A stretch of DNA of 63,970 nucleotides, the filler included, from Porpidia crustulata (Eukaryota): the NCBI GenBank assembly GCA_964255105.1. It is 3 parts of 3 records of this genome, joined end to end, with 100 filler letters (N's around TTAATTAATTAA, not from the genome) between each part and the next. Parts side by side here need not be neighbours in the genome. Positions count along the whole stretch, not along the records: positions 21,962 to 43,820 come from CAXUWE010000094.1; 2 more parts are not named here. One strand, written 5' to 3'. Numbering within the stretch: position 1 is the first letter of the stretch; each line of letters opens with the position of its first letter. Below the pieces are notes generated by a model that was not told where the DNA came from, ran no database searches, and worked only from the letters and a program-made list of their open reading frames with translations. Of the stretch, positions 27,613 to 42,320 are shown one piece after another. A program made the translations under genes and the position numbers.

Positions 27613-29175
27613 GCATTGTCATTCCACTAATAGTAGGCAGGAGAACCCTAATGTTGTGCCGGTGGAAGTTGGATGGTAATGCACAGTCTGGGCAGGGCTC
27701 TCGTGTGATTGGCTATGTGCACAGCAACAGATATTTTCGGGATTTTGACTTTGAAAGATTTTCGGTTTTCTTGTACAATAGACATTCTTTTGGCAAGCCT
27801 CCAGCGATTAAAACAAGACTACTTCCTGTGAATTAATTGAGCCTCATGCATACTCCCGCCCCTACAGTAAACGTACAGGGATCCAGCCCTGTAGGTCAGT
27901 CCTCAGGTTTCGATTGAGTACTTTCTTGGCTTCGTAGAAATAGGGACAATCTCGCAGTCTACGAGCCGCATATTGGAGGTGGGAGATTGGCCGTCAAGAT
28001 GGCGTTTGGACCATCCGTGTGAGATGTTTTCCCAGCACACATTCGTCTGCATGACTCGTACTGCTTCCTGTACTTCTTTATAATCTTCATCGATGTTCAG
28101 ACTGAAATCAGATCACTCCAATGCCGTTATTATTCTACTTTGCCATGAGTTCCTGCGATCAGGACCCTTCGTAAAAGCTCTGTGGCTGGCGTTTGTGTAG
28201 GAGTTTCAAAGTCACGCAATTAAAAATTGGGAACGAAGCGTACAGAGGGGAGTGGCTCCACGAAATGAAAGCAGCATCTGACCCATGAAGCGACAGGGTA
28301 TTCGATAAACTGAATGTGAGTTACCTTACGATATTTGTGCTGTATGCGCCATGTGCCGCTGGTAATTTCTGATTAGTGGGGGACAATAATTGTACTTAGA
28401 GAGGCGATTATGACGCAGAGTAGCATAGTGATTACACACCCTGTTTCCGTTGATGGTATTGCACAGGAAGTACATTTGCCTTTTGTCTCCTACCACACCC
28501 TCGAGATACCTGGTACATCAACAGCACCGAGCAGTGCCGCCTGATGCAGAGAATCTCGTCGCGGTACAGCGAGTATAACCAGCGAAAGACTGGCGTTTAC
28601 TCATGATAACCATTTAAAACGGTAGATATCATCGTTTTGAATATTCTTATCCTCTTCTCGGTGGTCTGAGGCGTCGGATTGTTACCGCTGAAATAGTGGC
28701 GTCTGAGGGTGTTGATATCATCTTGGTAGATGACTGCAGAACTTTGCTTGATTGCCGCCCTAAGAAATTAAGTGGTTGGTCTCAAATTGGTATGCTAAAT
28801 ATTGTAAAGACTCAATAGCTCTTTTATCACTAGGTCATTGAGTGCAAGACTGAGGTTCTAAGATAAGAAACCGAAGATGATAATGATCATTTCAACTTGA
28901 CTTGATAGGCTCCAGTCGAGATAGAGACGCATCACTCCAGAGAACCGGATCTCCAATGCAGGTAGATATTAATGGAGTTAAGCAGGTAAATTGAGCCCAT
29001 GTAGCTAGGCATAGCGTGTACGACAAGGTGGAGTAGTCTCGTTGATAATATCCATACCTACCACTTATATCGTTGGTTGCTCTGATAATCGGTGTGAGCC
29101 TGATCCATCTGTAATCCTGTCTATTGTGAAAATATGACGAAAATCTATGCTTTGAGAGTTCTCTAAAACTCCACC

Positions 29176-30958
29176 CTATATCGTAAGCCCTGCGGAATCT
29201 TTCTGCCTCGGCTCACCGGCAGCTTCAAAGATACCGTTTGAGGATATCTGCAAAGCCTGCGCGCTGCTATACACTGGTGGTACCCACGTGACATTGTGTC
29301 CCCGTTCTTTCATATACTGTACAGTCTTATTGTCATAGTCCCATTCAAAGGTCGCCAGATTGGGGATAAGTTGGTCATGAAGCCGCGGTCTGATCAAAGC
29401 TTCATGGGCGGACATATTACGGTCCATAATATCCAAGGCATTCTGGATGGTAGCCGTGATTATGCGGGAACCGCCAGCAGCTCCCAGCACAGCGAACAAG
29501 GACTGATTCGACGAGTGCTCAATTATCAGAGGTGTTATGGAAGACAAGGAGCGTTTGTTGGGACGGATGTAATTCGCCGGCGTTGGCACGTAGCCAAAGG
29601 CATTCCTTACGTGTGATATGGAGAAGTCATTCATTTCGTTGTTCATGATAATACCAGTCTCAGGCATTAAGACCTGGGAGCCAAAGAGTAAGTTGATAGT
29701 GGTGGTCAACGATGTGGCCAATCCGGAAGAATCCGCAGTAACTATGTGTGATGTTCCATGCGTCTCGGCAGCTTCAAAACCATTTGGGTCGTATGCAGAT
29801 ACATTTTGAGTGCGATGATCAGATATCTTATTCCTAATTGCAGCTGCAGATGAAGCATCCAGCATATCAGATTCGAATTCGTACATCCCGTCGAGAAAGT
29901 CCGGATCACCAAGTTCTGTCCGTTTCCCATAGCCGAATCTCATCGCTTCATCAAGCCGGTGCGTACTTAGATTCATCAGTTCTGGTCTTCCGAAGTTTTC
30001 GTATCCCTCCAAAACCTTCAGAACGTTCAAAGTTACAGCACCACTAGCAGGTGCGCCGCAACCATAGACATTGAAACCTCGGTAGTTAATCCCAACAGCT
30101 GGTCGAGACACAACAGTGTAATCTCGCAAATCGGTGACGGTCATTGTTCCATTATTTTCCTTTACGGCTTTGATGGTTGAATTGGCCATATTACCAGTGT
30201 AGAAAACGTCTGCACCTTTCACGGCTATCTCGTCCAAGGTATTGGCATATCTTCTACGGAACATTCTATCTCCAAGCCCTAATCTTGTCCCATTCGGAGC
30301 AAAGTCGATGGCCCAATTGGGGTCCTTTGTGAGAAAGTCGAAATTTTGGGTTGCAAAACCCATGAACCGTACGAGATCATGCGAAACAATGAATCCTTCT
30401 CGAGCGACTTTCACAGCTGGTGTAACAACATCTACCCAGGGCAACATTCCATAGTGCGAGTGTATGTATTCGAGGCCACGAACTTCCCCCGGCACACCAC
30501 TAACAGCTTGTCAGATCACATACAACGACAGGATTGTAATGCTTGGACCTAGCTAGTCCGCCGATCACCGAGCCTTCGACATTGTTCTTATACATCTCCT
30601 CAAAAGCTGCAGCAGGAGCCGTTTCTCGGAAATCAATGGACTCGTAGGTGCCGTTTGGAGCTCGGACGAGGACAAAGCCTCCACCACCGATACCACTGTG
30701 GTACATCCCTATGACCCCTACACAGAAAGTTGTACCAACCAGAGCATCAGCAGCATTGCCTCCTGCCTGAATGAGGTCTATTCCAATTTGGCTGCATATT
30801 TTGTTCTCTGATGCAACGGCTCCGAGTCTATCGTGATCTATTCTTTGAGTTGTCGACGAAGATCCAAGGATGACTTGTGACGCAAGAGTGACCGCAGCAA
30901 GTAGGGTCCACACACAGAAGAGCGCAACCTCTATCTGTGGTCCATAGGCGGAGGACAT
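29176..30958 (-). CDS. ggt: Gamma-glutamyltranspeptidase (glutathione hydrolase) with an N-terminal signal/anchor
   Basis: GGNAADA, SGIGGGGF, DFRETAP, autocleavage site HG|TSH, NNEMNDFS, SSITP and GAAGGSRI; one intron near 30500-30548. Confidence 0.95.
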
Positions 30959-31300
30959 CCTGCCTGCATGGGATATTAGTTGCGTACTTCTCTGCAGTAC
31001 TCAAAGGATACTACGAGCGACGTCATAGATCGAATAGGTCCATTAGAAGAGTCTTTTGGACGAATCAGTGGGTGTTATGAGGAGCCTCACTTGTGTAGAG
31101 AAAACGAAGATTTGTTCTTCCTAAAGTAGCATTAAATGTGATATTGGAATACCTGATCCGATCGCATCTTATCTTATCAAAATCCTTATCCGATCGCAAT
31201 GCTTGGCGGTGCCTGCGTTTGCCCCTGTGGGTGATTGCCGCGGCTCAACACAAGAGAGATCTTTCAAGCGCCCACCTGACAGAGTACATCAACCGTGAGT

Positions 31301-32238
31301 ATGCAAAACCGCTGCTATGCACTTGAATTTGCGTTGGTCTTCGCGACCGCTCTCTTCGGTTTTGTTCTAGCTCAGGAACATCAGCTGCTCCCAACCCCCC
31401 ACCGACTGTGGTCTCGTCAAGCTGATACATCAATCTGCCTCAACAACACGGGTGACTGCGCTCAATCCAATACTCTCGGTGACCAATGTCTATCGATCAT
31501 TGGTCTCGATGAAGCAAGCCTAGATTCCAAAGATACGCCCCAGAATGCACAACAAGTGAGAGACTGCATCTGCAATGGTGACTACTGGAATCGCCTCTAT
31601 TCGTACGCCACCCACCTCGATCATTGAAGGGATTTGGCTAGTGCTAATGATCATACAGTTGCAACAGTTGCCTTGTAGCAAACAACCTCTACCCGACTGA
31701 TCTCAATCCTGATGCTACACCTCTACCCACCCTCTCGTCGTTGTATTGCAACCCCGCGGGTGGCAGATCGGCAGTCCAGACTATAGATGGCTTTGAGGAT
31801 CCAGTCACTCAGGATGTGTCTGGCTATGATGTCTCAGCGTCTACGACGAGCGACTCTTCATCAATAAGTAGCCAGCAAGTCTCTGGAGGAGGCGCAGGAC
31901 GATTGACACCGTCCCCGGACGCAACCGCGACTGATCCTGCATCTGCGCGGGTATCACCGTTCCTGAACCATTCGGCGAACGCCACTGTCACGGAAACATC
32001 GGAATTGGGAAATTCCGCTACACCGACATCGAATAGCTCTGCTTCCTCCGCATCCTCATCAGGTGGTTCAGTTGGCTCTTCGAAATCATCGTCCATACCA
32101 GTCTCGTCGTCTTCCACGACATCATCTAGTCCAGCGTCAGCAGCAACGGGCTCAGGATTCAGAAAGGCGGTTGGTATCTTTTTGCAGTGTACAGCACTTT
32201 TATCTGGTCTACTTATTCCAAGTTTCTTTAGCCTCTAA
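31301..32238 (+). CDS. Putative GPI-anchored cell-surface protein (Cys-rich N-domain plus Ser/Thr stalk)
   Basis: Signal peptide; Cys-rich segment (CICNGDY|..CNSC); intron near 31603-31658; Ser-rich stalk; hydrophobic C-terminus. Confidence 0.75.
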
Positions 32239-32785
32239 GCGCAACGGATATACCCCTATGGCTCTGTCTAGCCATGACGTATCGTTTGATTACGGCGTTA
32301 AGTAAGAGTTTTCTGACTATTGTACATCGCTCATTTTATAATCTCATACTTTAGAGCAATAGCCGATGCAGAAGAATTTGACTGACGACGAAGAACGTCA
32401 TACCACTGTCCACCGCCGATTTTCCCTATACCATTTGTTCATTTCAATGTCATACCTAGAGTCATGCTGTGACGATTTGCAGCCGAGTGCCTTGTTGCTT
32501 GTTCCTTTAAAGCTGAGACATCCGGAAGCTACGGGAAATACTAATAATATTGCCCTAACGGCAGGGTTAAAGCAAGCCAGCGCGTAAAAATGTTCAATGC
32601 GAATGCATTTGATAAAATTATCCGCTCTACCGCACATCGTCCGTGCGACCACTATATTTATCTTGGGGTGGTATTTATATTCGAGCGTCCAGCCATTGAG
32701 TTGACTCTTCGCCTAGTATATGCGGCTTGGCGTATAAACCCTCCAGTCTTTGATGTCCATATATCTGAATGCTAAACCAAACAGC

Positions 32786-33458
32786 ATGTTTGTTTTACTT
32801 TTATCTTTGATTTTATCTTCAACGATCTCGCTCGTTCATAGCGCCTTAATCCCGTTGTCGCCGAAGCTCACTAATATCGCCATTCCCAACCTCAATGTCT
32901 CAGGTGTGTTTTCAAACCTCTCAATGCCAGAGGATCACAATCTACTACTCCCTTCGTGAGCGCTCACTCCAAACCCTTCCCCCCCGTTTGACAGATTACC
33001 ACTAACCTCCACCGCGTAGGAACAAGGCCTGGCCCAAGAACTTCGAATACAACATCCGCCCTCCAACCCAATCCGGTCTCGCAGTCCTGATGATCCACAA
33101 CGAACCCCACACCGGCGTCAGCGTCACCGACACCGATCTACTTACCCTTCTTGACTTCATCACCGCACTGCTCTCGGCTGAGCCCGCAGAATACTTCCTG
33201 CAAAGCACAATGCAATATCAATACCGGTTGCACAACTCCGCCCTGCTCATGACGGCGAGGTCGCCAAACGATTCTCCGGGGGGGCGGCTTACACGGGACA
33301 GGTTTCTAGACATGGTGAGGATATATAGGAATTTGGTACATCATTTTGGGGCGGAGGAGATGCTTATCACGACCTTTGCGAAGTACGAGGGGGAAACTGT
33401 GGCGTGTGGATGGTTCAACCTTAAACATGACCCTGTGACAGTTTCGAGCCCCCAATGA
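32786..33458 (+). CDS. Small secreted hypothetical protein
   Basis: Signal peptide MFVLLLSLILSSTISLVHSA; GTGAGC..CAG intron near 32956-32994; second exon open to 33458. Confidence 0.65.
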
Positions 33459-34384
33459 TGATTGGATACCGGGTTTGTTCATCAATCGTTCGGCATTATC
33501 ATGATTGAACAAGAAACAAGGCTATATTTCTTTTCCCATCGTCATCTCAGGATTGTAAGAACATCGACTACCATCAATGCATAACCTTACACCAGCATGC
33601 CCAAACCAACATAGAATTTCTTCTTTCAACGTGCATACCAGGGCTCGAGAGAATTAGTACTGCTTCAACCGGGCAATATAGAGGCATGGCTGAAGAACAA
33701 TTAAAAGTTATTCACAAAAGCTTTCGCCGCAATTACACAACCCCAAAGAAGACCTCGACCGAGGAATCCGCCGCCAATGCTCGCTTACTTTACGCTATCT
33801 CAATCAAATAGACTGGTTCACCTAAAACACTTTCGTAGCACTCGAAGCCTTGAGATATGAGGTTCGAAATCTACAAAAGAGAGATAACAAAATACATCTG
33901 CAAAAACATGCTCAGGTTCACCATGCCCTCTTCGACGATCGTTGACCGCGAAATCGAGCGGATAAGATTTTGATTGGAGTTTTCCTAGCCTTGTCGCTGC
34001 CACGCTCACGCTTGGTTACACACATGAAAGCATCGTTTCAACGCAGTATCTTTTGTGCAACCTGGCAGCTTCCAACGCCATATCACGCCTTCGATGCTGT
34101 ACGTAGCATTAAAACAGAAAATTACTGACATAATTCTAACAAGGTCTATGATACTGCAAGTTTACATGATTACAACCCATGAAACACTGCAAAGTCCTCC
34201 TCAACATAGCAACGCTTGAGTTTGGGGTCAGAATCGTTGTCTACGCACTATACTGCACTGAGTTAGCTCATCGGGTGTCTGCGTCGTCTGGTTTTAAATT
34301 ATCTGGCCTACTCTGCTGTAGCCTCGCTCCACGTGTATCATCATTCGATGCTATCTTCGCTATCCTCGGATGTGATAATCAAGA

Positions 34385-37300
34385 ATGGATCCACTATCGG
34401 TAGCAGCAAGTGTCGCTAGCCTAGTCACCCTCGCTGAGCTGATTGTCTCTCGCGGCTGGGAATTCCTCAAAGGCGTCAAGGATGCAAAGACTGAGGTGAC
34501 CCAACTCGTTGTGGAGATCACTGCGCTCTTCGAAGTATTGCATTGCCTACGCCTAGTGGCTCTCAGATTTGAAGGAGAACATTTCAACACCACGTTGCAG
34601 CTTAAATATATCCAGTCATGTCAGGATCTGGTCGATCGAATCCATGTCCATCTAAGAGCAGCTTTACCAGAGGATTCTGATGGACGCTGGAGGGCTGCGG
34701 GAAAATCACTTCGGTGGCCCCTTTCTAGTAAGGAGACCAAAGCTTTGATAGTGGGTATCGGACGGCATAAGGCCACTCTTAGCTTGGCCCTCAATGCCGA
34801 TGGACTGTACGTACATATTGTTCCGCCAATTGCTGAAGCACTGCTAAATTTTTAGAAACGCTTTGCTAGAAATCTTGAGCCAACAATAGGCGGTAAGCAA
34901 AGGTCAAGGTAAGATTCATAAAGATATCAAGCGCATCAAGGAAGAACTAGAGGGTCGGCGCATTCGTGGCGAGATTGAAGCTGCTGGTATGTATATTCAC
35001 ATCTCATGTCTCTCGAAACTGCTATACTTGACTGATTGTTCATAGGTAAAAAGAGGCATAAGTTGCTCGAAGTATGGACATCATTCGATCCTGGATCTCA
35101 GCACGCTGCAGCTTTCCATTACAGCATCCAGGGACTGGAAAATGATTTCTCGATGGAGAATACTTTGAAGCTTTTGTTGAAGGTCGTATACCTGCTTTGT
35201 GGCTTTATGGCATTCGTGAGTGACTCCTCGCGCCTTTGCAATGTTCAAGTCGTAGTGACCTCTACCGCATCAATCAGCCGGGGCGGGGAAGACTGTCTTG
35301 GCGTAAGTATGCATTGATCGAGAAGCGCCCACGATTCAGGTCTTCCGTCGTTGAGACGCTCAAGACAAAGCTTATCGAAACGACTACTCGAGGTCTTGCC
35401 TACTTCTACTGTGATTATAAAGATATTGCCACTCAGCAGACTCTAAATATCGTCAAGTCGTTGATCAAGCAGGCGGCTACTCAGAATGACCGAAGCTTTA
35501 AGGATCTACAAGTATTCATCGAAGGGCATAAGCGGAAAGGGACCTTGGATTCTACTATTAGCATCGAAAAAATGGTGGATGCGCTTTTGAAGATGTCAAG
35601 CCACTACGACCATTTCTATATTGTCGTCGACGCCTTGGACGAATGTCCTGATGACCACCGACATGAGATTCTCAATATTTTAAGAACCATCAGCATGAAA
35701 GCAAGTAATGCTCATGTAATCTATACTAGTCGCGAGGAAACCGACATCAAAGAGGCATTTGCTAACTTCAAATCTGTTCGAACCGCAGCAAACATAAGCG
35801 ATCTTGAATTATATGTTTCTTCGGAGATCCAAATGAGAACGTCTTCCGGCCGGCTCAGGATCAAACACTCTGAAGCGAAGGGAAAAATCATAGACAAGCT
35901 CTCTCACGAGGCTGATGGGATGTAAGATGTGGCAATCTATTGGTGATCTATTACTAGATTATACTGATATCGGACCTAGGTTCCGCTGGGTAGCTTGTCA
36001 ACTGGACTATCTATGCGAGCTGCCCAACGACTACGCTAGAATCTGTGCCTTGAAAGAACTTCCTCCCAGTCTTTTCAAGACATACGAAAGAATTTTAGAG
36101 CGAATTATGATCCGTAGCGAGGACGTGCAAAGGATTGTAAAACGTACATTGCGCTGGACGCTCGGTGCTATTAAAATGCTCGAGATACCGCAACTGATTG
36201 AGGCGATTGCTATCGAGGACGGTGAGAGTTGTCTGAACGAGTGCGCGATGGGAGAAGAAGAGGAAATCTTTCGACACTGTAGCTCTCTCGTCCGCAAGGC
36301 TGCCGATACAAATAGCGTCGAACTTGCCCATTTCACTGTCGAGGAGTTCCTCAAGCAATAGATCCCGGGAAAACACCGGGACTTGCCCGGTTTGCCCATT
36401 TAAAAGAGACAGCAGATCTCCATCTTGGTCGAGCATGTCTAACCTACCTCAATTACGACGACTTTGCCAGAGCGCGGATTCAGGAAATATTCTGGCTCTT
36501 AAAGAATCCTTTCTGGAGATATGCTGCTACTGCATGGCATCACCATAGCGCAAAAAAATGGGGTGATGAGGCAATACAAGGTCTTTTACGCCGCTTCTTC
36601 TGCTATTCTATAAGCTCTAATTCGTAGTGTGGAACAGATTCATGTGGTTACATTCTCGCGAACTACTAGATGATGTGGTAATCGAGGATATAGAAGAGAT
36701 GTGTCGAGACTTGCAGAGCACTGACTTCCAGTATATTGATTCTGTTTTGCCACTCCACCGGGCATCTTCCCTAGCATTGGAGGAATTGACTCAATTGCTG
36801 GTCTCAGAAGGAGCTGATCCAAATAAGACTAGTATCATGGGGACTCCACTTGAGTGTGCTCTGCGCTCTCGTAGCGCCGATGACCCGGAAGAGGAAGCGA
36901 TCTTACACGTTGTATCAATTCTTCTCGAGTCTAATGCCGATATTCACCTCTCGAGTAGAGTGCGCAATGGGAAGACTTTACTGACTTTGGCTGCAGAAGC
37001 TGAAAACCCCAACCTGTTCAAACTCATCGTAGATACTGGAGTGAAAATTGATATGAGCTGCCTAAAGATCATAAGTGATGTAAGGTTTACGAGCCCAGCT
37101 CTACGTGCCTCTTTAAAGTGTATATCCTATGAGGACGTACCGGCTTCGATCAAACCATTATTTATGGATATAGCATTGAACTTCGAATCAACTACAGAAA
37201 AAAGGCTAGGGATATTGGAAAATTCTCCGCAACTTTTCCAGAGAATGCTGAAGTCTTGGATCTCACGCTCTCAAACGCAGCGCTCAACGGACAGTTGGAT

Positions 37301-40169
37301 GAGGTTATAAGGACCATTCCCTTTTTGATTAACCCTATCAGCTCCCGGGTTGGTGACAAGGAGCGTACTGCGCTTCACTGTGCTTGCATGGATGGGCATT
37401 ACAATGTTGTAAACTTACTCCTAGCAAAAGGTGCCGATGTGAATATGCAGGACCAAGACGGAAACACGCCAGCTCACCTATGTATCAAAGCACAGACTGA
37501 TGTCAAAATCCTAGCATTACTGTTAGAGCATGGAACAACAATCTCTATTGTTAACAATGACCGTCTAAATCTATTACATCTCGCAGCACAATGCGGTCGG
37601 CCAGCTGCTCTAGCATTACCATTGTCCAAGGATCCTACAGCTGAGTATCGCCATAGGCGAGCTGGAAACGGAGATACCCTCGTATTATGTGCTTTAACCT
37701 CGAATCACAGATCTCTTGAGACGATAAAACTGGCTGGTAATGCGATTTCTATACCCGAATGTCTCGCCAGTAACGAGGCTGGAAAGACGGGACTCCATTT
37801 GGCTACCAAGCTGAATGATGTGGAGTGCATGAACTACTTCCTCGATAAGGGTAATCTTAACGAGCGGACAAGCAATGGATCGACCGCACTACACCTTGCA
37901 TTCACTGATGGGGACGCCGAATCAGCCAAGCTTTTACTTTGTCGAGGAGCTGATATTTTTATAACCACAAATGATGGGAATACTCCCCTGCATCTTGCTG
38001 CCCTCAATCATTCTAGCCGCATTGACGCCATACTATTAGCCGAGGGAATGGAGACTACTATCAATCAGAAAAACAGAAATAGTTGTACGGCAATCCACAC
38101 CGTGATGAACCAGCTGTGCTATACGAGTGATACGTTTCATGTAATGAACAAACTATTAAGCATACCGGTGATAGATATAAATGCCACAGACGGAGACGAT
38201 AGGACTCCATTGATAAAGCTGGCGATGAGCATGGGTCGGTATACGAGCCACGAGAGCGAGACGTACGATTTAATAAAGCTTTTACTTAACAAAGACGTGG
38301 ATGTAGATAAGCGAGACAAATCTGGCTCCACTACTCTTCATCATCTTTGTGAAAGGGAAGGTACAGAAATGGTAGCTTCAACCATTGAGCTTCTCTTGGT
38401 GAAGGGTATTGATGATCTTGTGCGAAACAAAAAAGGCTTGCTTGCTGTCGAGCTCATGCTTCGAAGCATCGAAAGGTGTGGAGAAAGTCAGGTCATTGGA
38501 GACTTTCGAAGAAAGACCCTGGGAAATCTCCTCAAGCGGATTCCTGACGATAAATTCAACGCTTTATACCATGGATGGACTCGCCCGTTTGTCTTAGCAC
38601 TTAAATATGGAGCCAAAGCATTGGCTTCGGAGCTGGCACCGCGGACCTTGGACGTTGACCGATCCTACGCTGAATATAGGTCTGCTTTCTGTCCTCTAGA
38701 TGCATGTTGTGTCTACGATTGCGATTTTTCAATATTTGAGACGTTGGCTTCTCGCAGCAAAGATTTGTCAAAGAAAAATGTCGATGGAGACACTTTACTC
38801 CACCTAGCATGTCTCTACAATAAGGGTGCTATCTTAAAATATCTTCTCGGACAAATAGTAGATGTTGATGTAGAAGATGATACAGGCTCAACTGCATTGA
38901 ATCTTGCATTGGAGTATGGCATGTGGAGATGATGGAAACCTTACTGGACGCTGGAGCTAATTCTTTGCATCTGAAAGAGGGTCTACCAAATCTGTGCACA
39001 TGGCAGCTAGTTCGAAACCACCCGAATTTCTTGATACGCTCTTCAAGAAACGCAAAACCGTCGGGTTAGAAGCAAGAACTTCACTTGGATATACCCCACT
39101 GATGTGTGCAATTGAAGCCGGCCGCGAAGACAACGTGGAAAAACTACTAAACAGTGGCGCCAACATAAATGCAAAAGACGACTCGGCGAATGGTGTCCTC
39201 CATCTGGCATCCACATTGGGAAACTCTAGCATTCTCAGAACTTTGATACATAGTGCTGCTTCATTGGATATCAATGGCCTTAATGGTCAAGGACATTCAC
39301 CGCTATCATTAGCGGCTGCGAAAAATCATTATACCTCTGTTTTCATACTTCTAGACGCTGGCGGTGATCCTGATCTCAAAAATGAGAATGATCGAACGCT
39401 ACTTCACCATGTAGCTTTACGCGGATCGAAGAGAATTCTTACCCGGCTGAAATCGGGAAATGTCTCTTTCGATCTTGAGGCCATGGTTGATCTGGGCAGG
39501 ACACCATTGCTGTGCGCTATAGAGAAGGGTCATAGGTTGACGGCCAAACATCTACTAGATGAAGGCGCCAGTATACACGCCGTAGATATGAATGGATATG
39601 GTCTATTTCACGCGGCTGCGTATCATGGAAGAGCTGATATTATATCAATTGTCTCTTCCTATGTGGAAGCCACGAGAGATCTGCCAGAGACGCAAGAGAA
39701 TCTGAAACATGTCATTGACATAAATGCTGGTTTACCCTTAGATAGATACACGCCACTCGGCCTTGCCGCTAAGCGCGGCCATTCAATGGCTTTTTTAGCG
39801 CTTCTGGATAATCAAGCAGACTTGGAAAAAACCAACCATGATTGCTGGAATGCCCTGCATATAGCCGCTGTGAATAAGAAGCGGGATATCGTCAAGGTCC
39901 TCTTTGATCGCTGCGAGGCTCGGAACATGAAATTCGATGTCAATACGAGAGATAAGACAGGGAGGACGGCGTTGATGCTGCTGGAAAAGCAAGGCGCCAA
40001 GGGTGTTGATGGTAAATACCTTGTGAAGAAGCTTTTAGCACAAGGAGCGAAGAGGACACAGCCGATGCCTGAGAGGGATGAGAAGACGGAGGAGGAGACG
40101 GAGGAAAAGGTGAAGGAGAGCGAGTGGTGGGAGAGCTGTGGGGGCTTTTGCAATATTGATGGGCTTTAG
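34385..40169 (+). pseudogene. Fungal NLR with a HeLo-like N-domain, NACHT and ankyrin repeats; disrupted
   Basis: MDPLSVAASVASL start, spliced Walker A GIPGAGKT, YFYCDYKD, Walker B VVDALDEC, MFRWVACQLD and many ankyrin repeats. In-frame stops at 34887 and 35143; frameshifts near 35120, 36355, 36620, 37235 and 38925. Confidence 0.85.
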
Positions 40170-41574
40170 GTTTGGATTGCTGCGGGACCGTCAATTTTCC
40201 GCAAACGTTTTTCAATGTCTCTACTTTCCGTGCGTCTGCACCGCTACGCAGTTGAATAACCCTCGCTCTTGAAATCCAGTCACGATCATAAAGCTTACGA
40301 AGAATGATTCAAGCAGATCCCAATAGACTATTCGAAGTCAATGTCAAGAATCGTTTCAGTCATCGTTCACTCTGAATAATTATCCCTCTCTTCACCTTTT
40401 CGTACTGTGCTTTGACAGCTGCAGTAGGATAATCAGGTGCAGAGAGTAGTATCGAGATAGCACGTTGAGAGAAATCGTTGACAGTTAAGAGGTTTAATTC
40501 CTCCTCTCCAAACACTAACCTCATCTTTCAGAGTCTAGCACACTCACATCTCCCGGCCAGTTTCCCCACCCAACGCCTAGCCCGACTGTCAACATTAACG
40601 CCAATACCAAAACCTCCATTGGCGTATCTCAAGCCATCACATCCAGCAACACTTATCCTATCCAACAAACCTTCCCGCACTATTTCGCAACCTTTCCATC
40701 AAATTTCGCGAACATACTCTTCTCATCAACTTTTTACCGTCGCATTAAACGGTTTCGAGTTGTGTAGGTATATTGCGATACAAGGGTTTCTTTGAATGGT
40801 ATACCTGAGGTTGGGAGTGATGTTACAGTAGACCTTTTGGTTATCCAGAGGAGAGGAAAGGGTCGGCGGGGAGTGAACTCGGTCCATAGCAAGCCCGCAA
40901 CGACTTTCTCTCGTCGACGGGAAAGACGAGTTTATTGCCTCGCTGAGCCAGCCCGGATTGAAACTGCGTTGGGAGTGATGGGGGTTGGTCTTCATCATCA
41001 CGGCCAGGCATTTCTAACTCCAGCCCGAGCTTGAAATTCTGCTGATACGTATGGTTGTAGCGTTGGTGAGATTGTTGTGCTTTTCCCCTAGGGTTTGTGT
41101 CACTTGTTCTAGCTGTCCGGTGGCTCGAATTTATGTTTTCCCGGGTTTTCATGGTTTTATATTGGGCTTTTATTATGGTTTTTGCGGTATTTCCAAGTTC
41201 GTCCAACTTTTTCGTTGATATTTCTGCCTTTAATATCGAAGGAGCTCTTATTTGCGGTATTGACATGCGGTTTTTCGTTGACTAGTCGTTATGTCTCTCT
41301 TCGTTTAGCTTGGCTGGTTGGAGTATATTTGTCTTACTACTGAGCAGGAATTCCGCTCATAATGTCGATATGAAGTTCTTCGTTGGTTTCGCTGTACATC
41401 ACTCTTCAATTTTCAACTTTAATTTGTAAGGTCCAATATTTATTTTTGCATCATCACTACAGTCAACAGAAGCTGTTCATCAATATTTCTGCCTGTTATA
41501 TTCAATGCAGTAGCTCTCTCCAGGATCTTCGATTTACAGTCGCCGAGTGACTGTCTCCATTGCACATTTTTGTC

Positions 41575-42075
41575 ACCATCCGGCTTGGCTGCCTAGAGGT
41601 ATCTTTATCACGCTTACAATTTGGTGGGGAAAATTTGAATTACGACGTGCGCGATATACAGCTTCTCGTCGGCAAAGCTGTATCTTGCTCCTCAATCTTC
41701 GAGTTTAATCTGCAGCTTTTCAAGAGTTCTACATACTTGCTGCATTTCAAGAAGCTAATCAACAGCATTTCTGCCTATGATGGTGCCACCTCGGATTCAC
41801 AGTCCTCGTAGCCGCACGCTTCTTCCCATCAAGCCTCGCTGCCTGGGATTATCTTCACCATACTTCCCATCTGGTGGGAGAAATTTCATTTACGATATCA
41901 ATATGCAGCTTCCCGTTGGTTCAACTTCGCGCTTCTCTCCAATCCAGCTTGCCTACCTAGAACTATCTCCACCGTGCTTCCCAAGTAGCACGAATTTTCC
42001 TTACGACATCGATATGCAGCTTTCCATTGGCTCCACTTCACCTTTGTGCCACGTGAAGTTTGGCTGCCTGGATGC
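41575..42075 (-). repeat. Three decayed ~110-120 bp direct repeats, probably from a dead coding region
   Basis: Related units at ~41575-41675, ~41825-41925 and ~41940-42070 (GCTGCCT..ATCT..TTACGA..ATATGCAGCTT). Minus-strand translation gives repeated NGKLHID(V/I)V with stops. Confidence 0.6.
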
Positions 42076-42320
42076 ACATTCACCGGCGCCCTTCACGGAT
42101 ACTTCTTCTCGACGTTCGTGTTTGAAACTTCATCGAGTGCTTTTGATGCGCAAGGGCTCCGTAATGATGGATATATGATAAAGGTCTGCGCCGCTTTCTT
42201 CTCCTTCTCAGACAGTTAATAGTTTTTTGATTCGATTGATAACAAAATTTTGCGATTGTACGATCGAGGTATTTCTAACTAGTCGGACATTACGAACCAC
42301 TGCCGATACAGAACACCACA

